Source: Lepidodermella squamata
Lineage: Eukaryota; Animalia; Gastrotricha
Direction of reading: 5' to 3'
DNA: 64,000 nucleotides
NCBI GenBank assembly: GCA_047495785.1
Contig: JBLDXI010000001.1
Span: 3,596,001 to 3,660,000, forward strand
A program made the position numbers and the translations under genes. Under the pieces are notes generated by a model. That model did not search any database. It had not been told where the DNA came from and saw nothing but the letters and a program-made list of their open reading frames with translations. Below, in pieces: positions 1 to 11,627 of this stretch. How positions within the stretch are numbered: the first letter of the stretch is position 1; each line of letters opens with the position of its first letter.

Positions 1-1495
1 TCATCGTTTTCACTCGAAGCCAGAGCGCCAGAATTTGGTGGGCAGTGGCGTGGGCAGTGGGCCGATTGCTTCGTTCCATTTTGTTGCGAATTCGAGCCGT
101 TTGAGCCGTTGTTATAAGACGACAACCGCTGAAAATTTCAAAACTTATGAAAAAAATGAAATATTTTAGCGAGAAAATACCTGGCGAGGCTGCTGGCGCC
201 TTGCGGGTTGTTGGGACGCGTGGTTGCTCCGGTGGCGGCGTTGGTTGTTACGGTCTGGCGAGGCAGACGGTGAGCGGGACCCGGCGGAGGCCGAGCGTGA
301 CGACACGCTGCCGGTCGATGGATCAGAAGAGCCAAAGGAGCCATCATTGCGACCGCGATTCGACTGCGAGTGGGACGTAGTCGACGAAACAAAGCTAGAG
401 AAAAATCATTTTTGTAACCTAATAATCAAATGAAAATGAAAATCCTATATCTTCACGTCCAAAAGGCTAAACGATCTAGATTTCAGCGCTTTAGTCAGGA
501 TTTCAAATTTCCTTTGAATTGGGCAGGTCAAATAATTTGCGATATTTCGACCCATTTCCCAGAGTCATTCTCAGGGTTTGGCCGAAATCAAGGTTACATT
601 TTCTAAATTTCGAAAAATGAAAACTTGAAGTGCCACAGCGAAGCTGTCTAAAAAATGACAACTGAGACTGTCAGAGTTTTAAAAGCTTGACCTAATTCAA
701 TGAACAAATTAAAAATCCCTAAGAAATAATTATTTTGTCTGGAAAATTTTAAAAATATTGACAAATTTTGAAAAATTGATTTATACCTGCTATTAGCAAC
801 CTCGGTACTGCGCCGGCGTTCCGAGTGCTTTGAAGCAGCGCCGTTGTGGCGCGGGCCTTGCCGCGGATCGCCACGAGTTTCGTTGTAGCTGTTGCGGCGC
901 CGTCGGCGGTCGGCCGGTTCGCTAACAATAATTTCCGCATGCGGTCGAACGCCGGAATTCGACCCGGTCGCCTGCTGGATGGTGGCGCTGCGGTTCAGGG
1001 TCCGAACCGCTCGTCGCGCTTCACTGCCGCTGTGCAGCGTTATTTCAGCCTCAAGCAGGCGCGAACGCAGGCTCATAACCACATCAGCATGTTGCTGAAA
1101 CGATCGACAAAATTGCCGAAAAAATTATAATAAAATCACAATAATATTACCAGGTAAATTTCAGCCTGTTGAGCCAGGGTGTCTACAATATTTCGGCGCC
1201 ATAGTGATTCACTCAGCCCTAAATCAAGGTTGGTAACTCGGACGACGTAACGAGGCGTTTGATCGCCGAAGCCGCTTGGAGTCTCGGTTGGCAGAGGCGT
1301 TTTCGCCGCACCAGGCTGGAAAGCCGTAGCTAAAATTGAAGTCGGCAGTAACGACGGCGGCAATGCTGTTGCCGGGCCGTGGTTTTCAAACCGGCGGCCG
1401 TTATCAAATCTTCGATTGTTGTGATTATTATTGTTATTATTGCCTTGGCTATGATGATGGCGCTGGTCGCGGTGTTGCATGTGCGAAGCCATCAA
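1..1495 (-). CDS. RRM-containing, low-complexity RNA-binding protein (RRM resembles MARF1/limkain-b1 RRM2); 3' part lies outside the window
   Basis: Exons 1495-1151, 1094-787, 394-181, 128-<1 join in frame via GT-AG introns. Spliced segment VRVTNLDLGLSESLWRRNIVDTL...LLEAEITLHSGSEARRAVRTLNR follows the V.NLD..LS...L.A.V...A..AV..L.R pattern I recall for MARF1 RRM2. Family call is tentative. Confidence 0.55.
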
Positions 1496-3454
1496 GAGAT
1501 CGAGTGGGAGAGAGAAATTAGGTATTTAAATAATTTTTAATTCGCCTCTAGTGCTAGAATTGGTTTTATGGGCGTGTTTTATTAAGGCGTGTCAAATAAA
1601 AATGTTGAATGAATGAAGGCGCGTTTTTTATTTGTTGCTCAGCCGCGCGTGGAAACAGGCCTTGCGCCCAGATTGTGCGCTGATTATCCGTCAGTCAATG
1701 TGGGTGCGCTCGTGTCGCCGTCCACCAGCACAATGGCTCGCGTGTGTTTGTGCTGATGGAAACATGTTGCGCAATAAGTTTTATTTTCAATTTTTCAAAC
1801 TAATTCAACCCATTTCAAGTCCTTGCTAACACGAATTTCAGGACAAAAAATTAAGCCGGGAACCCGAGAGCCAGCTTAATGGAACAATAAGTTTTTGCGG
1901 ACAAAATAGTCAGTCTGAGCGCGAATTACAGATACTTGTCGAAATGTTGATTTCGTAAATTTACTCAATATTATGGTAAAAAATGGAAATTTTATACTGC
2001 TTTACCATTTCTCAACAAGGAATCAATAATTATCACTGATATGGGTGGGCTCTGGTTGCTTTGAATGAGAGAATTCGGTAAGCAATATTCGATGAGTCTT
2101 GCCGGACATGAAATTAGTCGAATTTATATTCCGCAGTACATAGCCTTCAACCGGGAATAACATGGCTGTAAAAGGCAGGATATCGGAATGAACCTGATAC
2201 GGATAATTTGACGTATTTTCGTACCTAGTTAATGCAATGTTGTTTGCAAGCTTTTCAGTCGTTCCAGAATATTATTCAGCAACCGATAACTGTCATTCAC
2301 TACACATCTACGGGCGTGAAGTGAAGACTACGACTATCCTTTGTGTGATGTGCAATTGATTCTTTTCTAGCATTACCTCCAAGCAATTACAAAATTGAGA
2401 GCCGAATAAAAACTTGAAGGCTTTTCTTCAAATAAGGCATAACACAAATAAATTTTATTGCTGATATTCGCTTCAATCAAATTTACAAAATAGGTATAAC
2501 CGAGTCTTTGATGTAATATTATTTTATCAACAATCATTCCTTAATGCGACGCCGTGAGACGCTAAGCGCCCACAAACCACCGAAGGGCATCGACTATCCG
2601 AGTCCAATGAATCAATCATCAAATTATATCACGATCCATGCAGCAGTTTAGCATCGCATTTCATCTGTATTTCATATTATTCCTTTGCCAGAGCTATCAA
2701 CAAAGGTTCACATTTACAACTAGAAAGAGAGCATAAAACCTGCCAAAACCCTAACAAAATTTTGCTGCAGTCGAAATCCGATAACGGATGGTTAAAACTG
2801 AACGCAGGTTTTGGGGAAGTTATAGCGCTCGTGCGTGTCACGCCGAGGTTTTGATTTCCTTGGAGACGCGTCTTCAACATGTGGTTTACAAACTTGACAT
2901 CAAATTCCTTTTAAAATGAATTATATATATTTTCATTTTATTTCATTTTTGAAATAATTATCAAACAAGTAGAAATAATTTTTTCAAGGTTTAGAGGGCA
3001 TGAACGTTCCAGGGTGATGAGTTGACGGGAGCTTGAATGACGGGGTTTTATTGCATGAACGATGAAAGAGTCGGGTTTTGTCGAGCTCTGCGATGCGTCT
3101 TGCGACTGACCGTTTTCCGTTTTCCCTCCGCGTTGTGCACCGGGAGCAAGCTTGACCCGCTATATCTTTATCCCAGCAATATTACGCGAATGAACAGATG
3201 CATCTAACTTTCTCATGCCGAGTCAGGCTAGTAAACTATTCCCAGAACCCTGAAACAGTCTATCTAAAAGTTCTGGATAATCTCCTCTTCCTTCGGAAGT
3301 ACGGGTATACGTTACCTATTGTACACATTCCGAGCCCGAGATTTACTTATTATTTATCAATCAATTCTCAGTTCCTTTACACTTGACTTTTACTTGATAC
3401 TTTCTAAGCTCTCATTCGTCTTCAATGTTTTACCGAGTGATTTGCATAAGAATA

Positions 3455-3792
3455 TCGTCGGCAACGCGGAAAAACAACCCCAAGAAAGCACCGTAGGTAC
3501 TTGAATTAGGAACCAGTACTTTATATAGAAACCGGTATTTTTTGCTTACACCGTAATTCCGAACACCGCTGTATCGTTACTACAGGAAGTGGTAACTGGT
3601 GGTGTCATTAGCTACGGCGTTAAAGGCATGGCTAGGTACTCCGATTGGAAATGCTGGCTTCTTGTAGTATCGATACAGCGGTGCTCGGAATTACAGTGTA
3701 AGCAAAAAATACCGGTTTCTATATAAAGTACTGGTTCCTAATTCAAGTACCTACGGTGCTTTCTTGGGGTTGTTTTTCCGCGTTGCTGACGA
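3455..3792. mobile_element. Foldback/MITE with ~135-bp inverted arms and ~68-bp spacer, TA-flanked
   Basis: 3455-3589 is the reverse complement of 3658-3792 with few mismatches; TA at 3453-3454 and 3793-3794. Confidence 0.8.
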
Positions 3793-4229
3793 TATATTCA
3801 TCTACTGTCAGGTCCATTCGCACACAGCTCACAAATCAATGAGAACATTTCTGACTCTACGGAAGGTTGCATTTCCTACATGCTTAGCACGCGTTTTTTA
3901 GCTAACGTATGGCTTCGGAAACTGCGCGTTCGTTAGTATTCAACTCCAGTCTGAGAGTTGTGTCACTGGTACGTAGAGAAATATGGGGCTTTAGCGCTCA
4001 CAGGCTCCAGTTGACTAGAGTCATCGGTGGCATGGATCTGCTACTGTTGCTACTGATGGCACCTTTATCCTTTATCAGACGCTGAGCGCTTGTCAGCCGT
4101 GGGATCCATCCTGCAGAATTAAACTCAGCTTCAGCATCAATTTGATCATTTTGTAATTATACTGCCTCGTGTCTGTTATACTGCCTATGATATCATTTGT
4201 CATAATAGCATGTTTATTTTCTGCTATAG

Positions 4230-4634
4230 ATGTTAGATAAAAGCATCTCGTGTCTGATGGCCCGATCAGCGGCGATAGCAGTGCTGCTCGTCATCGGCGT
4301 GCAGATCACCGAAGCTATTCAGTGCTACACTTGCTTCGGAAAAGATTGGAACAGCGAAGAATGCACCAGGTCACTGGCGACCTGTAACCAACAGGTCGAC
4401 AACATGCAAGATACCTGTGCGACGATCGTTTCATGGAAACCGCCAGATCACGCCACCCCGATGAATGCTCGCCGCTACTACATCTACAAGGGCTGTCAGG
4501 TTTCGTCAGACTGCGAAGCCCTGAAAATGCAAATGGCCGATAAATGCAACCCGGCCTGGGGCAACGACTGGACTTGCGTCGAGTGCTGCACGGGCGATCG
4601 ATGCAATTTTAACATCAACTACTATAATCAATAG
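4230..4634 (+). CDS. Secreted Ly6/uPAR (three-finger) domain protein
   Basis: Signal peptide (AAIAVLLVIGVQITEA), CYTC at the mature N-terminus, 10 Cys, terminal CVECCTGDRCN motif; splice acceptor immediately before the ATG. Confidence 0.85.
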   Translation: MLDKSISCLMARSAAIAVLLVIGVQITEAIQCYTCFGKDWNSEECTRSLATCNQQVDNMQDTCATIVSWKPPDHATPMNARRYYIYKGCQVSSDCEALKMQMADKCNPAWGNDWTCVECCTGDRCNFNINYYNQ

Positions 4635-4944
4635 TTTTTTGTTGAGCTGTGCTTTATTGCCATCTTCATCGTAATTGGTTGTGACTTTTCATTGTTATTA
4701 TTTATCCGTTTTTACAAATTTAATACCAATTTAATTGACTTCCACGTCTCGCGGTTGTGAAAGGCGAAACACGGTTCTTGAAATTTTTAACTGCTTCAAA
4801 TAAAACGCATTTTGTAGTCATGAAAACCGGAATTTTTTTTTATTGAAAGTTAAAGATGGAGACGTTGAGCAAAACATCGAAATTGAGCACAGGTGTGATA
4901 ATATGCACAAAAAATGTAAGAATATGATTTTCACAGTTACGATT

Positions 4945-7900
4945 TCAGTCGACTTTGAGGCCGCCGAGAATGTCGTCCTCCATTGCAGCCGGGACATCCG
5001 CCATTTCTCCGTGAAGTAAATCCTCATCTTCATCGACCTCAATCGGCTGAGACTCTTCATACTCGTAGTCGAGCTGTTCGCCGAGGTTGAAGTTGATGTA
5101 GTCTCCGCCGAGGCCATCATCGGGCGTGGGCGGGGGACTTTGTTCCTCGATAATCGGTCTAGCGGGTGGCACGAATTTGAACTGGAGCGCCGCTTGCGCC
5201 TCGATTGAAGGCTCTTCCTCCAGTTCAAAAGCAATTTCATCCGGATTGCGCTGCGGGGCTGCTTGTTGGGGCTCGACGACCTCTTGTTTGTTATTTTCCG
5301 CCTTCGGAACAGGCTTGGCGACCGCCTTTTCTTCAGGTTTGGCAGCCCAAGGCGCGTGCACATAGAAATTGGGCACAGGCTTCGAAACAGGCGACTTTTC
5401 AGGATCGTTAACCACAACCGGTTTCGTTACAACCGGCGGCTTCACGACGATAGGTTTGGCAACGCGCGGTTTCTGTGTCGGTTTGCTAAGATGCCTAAAA
5501 CGGAAAACAAGTATATCGATGTCGACATAAGGAGAGAAAGAAATGACCACATATAATAAGAAATCATGAAATAACCGTTTTGTTTTTGCCCGTTTCACAC
5601 ATCAATTATATGAGGTATGGCCGAGCCTAGATGAGGTTTTTGATGCCAATCATGAAAAAATACCGCCTAGGTCTGACAATTTTGTCAAATCAAAGTAAAA
5701 TCACGTAGTAAAAGCAAAATAATTATATAGTAAAAATAAACGTACAAATATTCAAAATAATAAAAATATATTTTATGAAACAACGAATGTGTCGATCAAT
5801 CAGCGGAAGCTTTCCATGTGGTAATATTTAGCTTAACGGAGTCTCTGAAAGTGGCTATTTACTAGACAATTTTAAAGTTTCATCGACAAGTTTCACAGTA
5901 ATTAGCATTCGAATTGTCATATTGAGGCGGCTCTCAAATTTAAGCTTCATTCGAGTTTCCGCTATAAATTCCGTCAAAAGATCCTCTAAAGTTTGATAAT
6001 AAAGCGATAAATCACCAAAGCCATGTTGAAATCGTGCGAAAGAAATTCCTACTACTAGTTGTTAGCGCCAAAATATCACAGGCCACTGAAAATAAGCGGT
6101 GTATAAGCGGCCTCAATCGTTTTAATCTAATAGGATTTGATTCTACTTCTTTCTCCGAATCGGCAAATTAAGCCGGCAAATTTTTACACAAACATCGAAT
6201 TTTCAAATGACCAAGATTTATTGCTTGCTTTAAAGAAAAGCGATAAGCAACGGGTTATTTTCATAGCAGGAAGGGCTTCTTTGTAAAATTAAAAATCACC
6301 CAAGCATCCCCACAGCTTTTCATCTTCTACATTTGGTACTAAACTTGGTTTCCAATAGTATTTTGACATTTATGGCCAAGAAAGGATAGCAAGCTGAGTC
6401 GCCCGAAGCCAACTCGAGGTATAAAAAATAGCCAACGAGGTCAACTGTCATTTTGGTGTTCGACAGTTTCAGATAGGTATTATTTGATGATGATGATGAT
6501 GCCTAATGCATCGAGTCCACAAATGCTTGATATGACAAACGCAAATTAGATCGAAGCTTCATCGAAGCGATAAATAGATGCCGGAAGCAGGGCCTATGCC
6601 GATAAGCCACAGTCATGATTCAGTCTGGCAATCACATATACCAGATGAATTATCGTCCAAGTCTAAAAGTGAATCTATTAGCTCAAGGAAGCATTTCCCG
6701 CCGAATTCTCCGATTTCTTCCAAAACTAAATGCCCTATGGCTCAAAATGCGGTCAACGAATTCGTAATTAAAAGAAACCGAAATCATTATGGTAGCAAAA
6801 ATTTCGATGTTCGAACTGAAGTGAAACATTTAACGGCAAAATTCAACTTTTCATTGTAATCAGCCCAGATAATATGCTTTAATTCGTGGCTGCTAAAGAT
6901 TCTGCTAAAAAATGTCCTCACGTCTTTCATGTCCTCAAAATTATAGTCCTCGATCGTTGAATCAACATTCAAAAATCGAATTTTCGGCTATTTTGTCATC
7001 AAACTATCTATTCCGACAGGCAATAAGTAGCCAACTACATCGTCAAGTTGGAATTTCTTCAACTTCGGCAGCACTTACGACTCCGGTCGCTGGGCACCTG
7101 AGACGGGTTGGAGAGCTTCATGCCCCTCCCCTGTTAGCATTGGCCGTAGGCTTGATCTACCATCCACGAGTAATGCTCTGAACCATACTCGTCTGCATTT
7201 AGTGGTCTCGGTAGCTTCTTCGCCGCAGATTCGTTAACTCTGCAGAAAACTCTCGACTTCTTGGATTGATAGCGCTCAAATCGTCACCGAGAACGTTGGA
7301 TCCGCGGTTGTCACTAGCAACACGGGACCTGAAGCTGATCACGCCTGAGGTAATCACTTATTCCCCGGCAGTATCGGCAACAGAGGATGCAATAGAAGTC
7401 ACGGCCTTCGAAACGTCCGAGGGGCCCAGCAATGCGACCCCGCCCGCGAAAACGCTAAGTTCGTCTGATGAGACCCGGATATAAATATCCCAGAGCCAAT
7501 GTTCTACCATCGGTTGCAATGTAGTTCTCATTATGTGAGCTTCGTAAGAAGGTTATAAAGATATTTTCCAATATCTCCACTTAGAAAATAACAGTAAACA
7601 TATTACAAATAAAAATTCGAGCATTATAAATAACAAATCACTGCGCTTTGAAGCAAGGGGACTGATATTAGCCAAATTATCGGTCCAAAGTTCCAACCTT
7701 CATCAGCTACTTATATAGCTTTGCAGCCAGAGAGTTCACTTCCGAATTATATTACTCAATAAAAACAGAACTTCGGACCTCGAACCTACATTTTAGGTCC
7801 GCATATTCATCTCTCGATATCAGGACCGTAATTTCACAATAAAATGCATAACGTGCAATATCGTAAATAGCAGAATGATTTTTTGGATGGCAAATAATAT

Positions 7901-9207
7901 AAAAATCAGAAAAATATTATAATAAATTAAAAATTTGAGACAAAAATAGTTTGCCATTTTTCGACGATTTTAGGTCAGCAATTATCAGACCTTGCGATAT
8001 TTTTGGTGAAATTCTGACAAACTTTAAAAAAAATTCAAATAAAATTATTGCAATCATTCTCTTAGATGTGATCATTTCTCTCTCCTAGGGATAAGTGAAA
8101 AAACAATGCTGTTTTACCCGTAATCAATGACCAGTTTGTTCTTACAAAGCCTCTGCGAACCCACGCCATATACCTGCTGTTGCTGGTCGTTGTTGCGCGG
8201 ACCAAATCGCCGCGTCGGAGCTTTGGAATGTGTCGGCTCGGATCTGACGTCGCGAGGTGGCTGCCATGGGCGGCTGCCATTTTGCGCGTATTGCGGCGGA
8301 TCGGGTTTGACGTCCCGCGGGCCAACCCAAGGTTTCGCTGAACCGCTAGGGGCCGGTGGCTCAGGATCAACGTCACGAGCCCAAGATCGGGCAGGAGGAG
8401 GGCGTTGGTAGCCAGCTTCGCGATATGACGGACCGGGTGTACGAGTTTCTCCGGCCAGCGGTGCAGGCTTCCAATAAGACCGGTAAGAGGGCTCGGGCTC
8501 TTCTTCAACCGCCTCTTCGTAACCTTTAATTGATGAAAATTCATTACATTCATTAAATGAAGTCTACAAATCAACGATTCATACTTTGGTGGGCACTGTA
8601 TCCATTCTGCCCTTGATATTCTTGATAGGTTTCTTCGGCTTCTTCTTCGGCATACTCAGGCCCATATTCTACTGAAACAGAAAAATAGTTGCAATCAGTA
8701 TGACATCCGGTGATAGTGTAAATCACCTTGCGGGGGAGCCATGTATCTAATAGGAGCATGCGGACGCGGTGGGTGCGCGTGAAATTGAGGAGGCGGAGGA
8801 GGCAGTGGCATTAGCGGCACCTGAATATTAACATTGATATCAAAGAAACAATGACACAAAATCAGCCCGCTTACCATCGGCAGAACTTGTCCATCTGGAG
8901 TCATCACAGGCTAAAAATTATGAATTTAAGATTAATTTCAGCGAAATCGAGGCATTCGTTACCAAAACGTAAGGTAGCTGAGGAGGCATAGGCATTTGAG
9001 GCGGCCTAGATGAGATTTTCAATAAAAGATAAGAAAATTGATACGCGAAATAGCGTTGTCTAACCATTGTGGATGAGCATTTGGCATGTTATAGCATCCC
9101 GAGTCGAAATCGGGCATGGCAGTGCGTGGCCAACCGCCGCCGCGAACTCTTTGGACACCACGAACCATTCCTCGCATGAAACGTCCACGATCTCCAGTTG
9201 GGTTCAT
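4945..9207 (-). CDS. Multi-exon Pro/Arg/Glu-rich intrinsically disordered protein, unknown function
   Basis: Seven exons join in frame (MNPTGDRGRF...QW|PPQMPMPPQLPYVL|PVMTPDGQVLPM|VPLMPLPPPPP...|EYGPEY...|YEEAVEEEP...KLVIDYG|HLSKP...GGLKVD*); last intron 5495-8117. Confidence 0.7.
5531..8085. mobile_element. Candidate decayed DNA transposon filling the last intron of the Pro-rich gene
   Basis: GGAGAGAAAGAAATGACCACATATAA (5531-5556) is an imperfect inverted repeat of 8062-8085; interior has broken coding-like stretches; removing it leaves a 68-nt intron. No clear TSD. Confidence 0.4.
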
Positions 9208-9380
9208 TTTTCACTCAATTTGTACACAACTAAAATATATCGATTGAACATGATTAATATTGAATTGTAGGCAAAAATTTGAATCGGATTGAATTTCCCA
9301 GCATTTTCCGATGAGCATCCAGCATCAGCAATACGCAGAATTAAGACTACTAAATGACCAATTTTTGTCGATAGAAAAAA

Positions 9381-9620
9381 CGAGAGCGACTCGTTGTCGT
9401 TCGCATCGAATCAGCTAATCCATCGACCTTCGCAGTTTACGTGTAGGGCAATGTGTCCATGGTTGACCATCTCAAGGCATAAAGGTCGACTTCTTTGTCG
9501 TAGGGTTTGCGCTACAGAAGAGACGGCATCTACGCGGGGATGACCGAAATAATTGCCTTCGCATAAGCCTACTACATGCGAGTGGTAGTTCTCAGCACCA
9601 AATTTAACCAGCAGATCTTC
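9381..9620 (+). pseudogene. OTU deubiquitinase-domain fragment with in-frame stops
   Basis: Frame from 9381 reads RERLVVVRIESANPSTFAVYV*GNVSMVDHLKA*...RRDGIYAGMTEIIAFA*AYYMRVVVL, matching the OTU core (NP..F..FV...L..M...G.(W/Y)AG..EI.AFA..Y...V.V); catalytic Cys segment not seen. Confidence 0.5.
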
Positions 9621-11627
9621 GCAACGGCTGTGGTTAGCCGATGTTCTATTACCTTGCTCCCGGTACTTACTGCTTTCATAAATTTACCATTAGATCAATA
9701 GCAAAGCAAAGAGCTCAGTGCATATAGTCTTCCATGTCATCGCGGAACAGTGTGAGCCGCATGGGTGACGGCTCCGATGCAGCAAAGCTGACTTCTCTTC
9801 TCCCGATCCTCCCGTTTTCAGATCTCAAAATAAATAACCCTATCCAATGCATCTGCTCAGCGATGAAAATTTCCCCATGGTACAATGCAGTCGGCCGGCT
9901 GTAGGCAGTGATATCAAATCAGATGTTAGGGCTTGACAGATGCGACAGACGGTACCTGGTACATTTTGCCATCATTCCATCATTAGTTTTACAATTTGCT
10001 TCTCATTTACCCTTTTGTTTTAACCAATTTTCTAGCATAATTGTGCCTTATCCCCTCTTCTTGTCTTTCGATGACAAATAAAGTACACTCAGCTTCCTGA
10101 CTCAGTATAATCAAAATACTCTTATGTTTACAATTATGAAGTAAATCAGGACTACAACTGATTCCGTTCTTTCCGGATGATATCAATTTCATGGTGGCAC
10201 ACCATGCGCACTCCTTTTGAAAAGCACACGTACACGCTCTTTTCTCGCAGCGCGCGTGCAAGATATCTTTGAAGTAAAAGCTGCTGAATTAATGGCAAAT
10301 GAATACTAGTTACTTGCATACCAATAGGTAGCAGCAAGCTAAATGTGGCCCGATGCGCTTCGGCGAGGCGCATAAGTATTTCACAAAAAAACAAAAAACG
10401 TAACCGCTAACTTCAGGTACATACTGAGGATCAAGAGATACTGTTGGGTGTACGAAGTACTAAATCCGACACTCCTAATTACGTCTTCCTCGGTGATAAG
10501 CCACATTTTAGCCCTTGAGCGACTACTATGGATAAATCCTCGTCGATGGTCGATGGCTCACAAAAGCGAATGTCGCGCACCGCCCATTATCGCAGTGATG
10601 GGCAATGCACTTCGCCAATTATTGGAGCAATTAGAGGAAGAAAACAAAGAGGCCAATCGGATGAAATGGTGCTCGGCTGCAATGCGATTGAAAGTCGACA
10701 TCGACATTCCAAGGCATAAGCCCGATTTAAAATATCAGAAATCACTACGTTGCCGGAATCACTGAATGGGCTGTGGGCTAAAATATCAATGCGGAATACA
10801 GGCATTTCTGACAATTTAGCGATTTGCAGCACTACAACGTTGCTATGGGTGGAAAGCTGCCAGATAGTGCCAGCTGTCGTCCAGGACAGGGAGATTTTGG
10901 CAGGAACAAGAGACACACGTGTGCGGCAAGGAGTCTCAGTCAGCTGATCCTAAAAACATGCGGCAAAAATATTTAAATTATTACAAAGCTTCTGCAATTA
11001 ATTGAGATTCTATATTACAAAGATTTTTTAAAAAACATGTTAAAAACAGCATTTCGAAATTTTAAAAATAGGCGGGAGTATCTTCACGCATATCAATGCT
11101 GGATCTAATTCAGCTTTTACATTCGGAAAAGAATGCTTCAAAGCTAATCCTTTGCGTGCAGAACCGCCATTGTATCCTCAATACGTTGAATATGGATTAG
11201 AGGTTTCACCAACCAGGTAGTTTTCTCACTACAGCGATTGATTTCTGGTCAATTTTTTAAGCGACGCACATGCTTTAATGAAAGAGGTGTGAGCCGATCG
11301 CAGAAACTAGCTTTGTTCGCCTATGTTGTTTCCCCTCTGGTTTATGATCGATTCCCACTTTCTTTCGTTGCTTACATGTTATTCCTTCTGACATGAGATG
11401 AAACAAACAGAGAGTGATTAATCGATAACTATGCGTCGCTCATCGATGTGACGAAAAAGGTTGCTGACGACTTGGTGTCCAGTCTTGGTGTAGATAGATA
11501 GGAATCTAGGAACCTTTGCCCTGATGACTTTAAGCTCTGATAGTTTTTCTGTGATCAGGAAATTCAACGAAGATGTTGTTTCACGTGGGAATTTCATCAA
11601 CCATCAACTCTTACCATTTCATAGATC

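Noticed and set aside
6486-6501. (GAT)n tract like the LINE tail
   Set aside because: No adjacent LINE 3'UTR or AATAAA; plain microsatellite.
9444-9566. TAA/TAG inside the OTU-like frame as evidence of stop-codon reassignment
   Set aside because: Intact genes in the window end in TAA/TAG and have no internal stops; pseudogene decay is simpler.
10007-10947. Overlapping short ORFs
   Set aside because: No recognisable domain or consistent exon chain.
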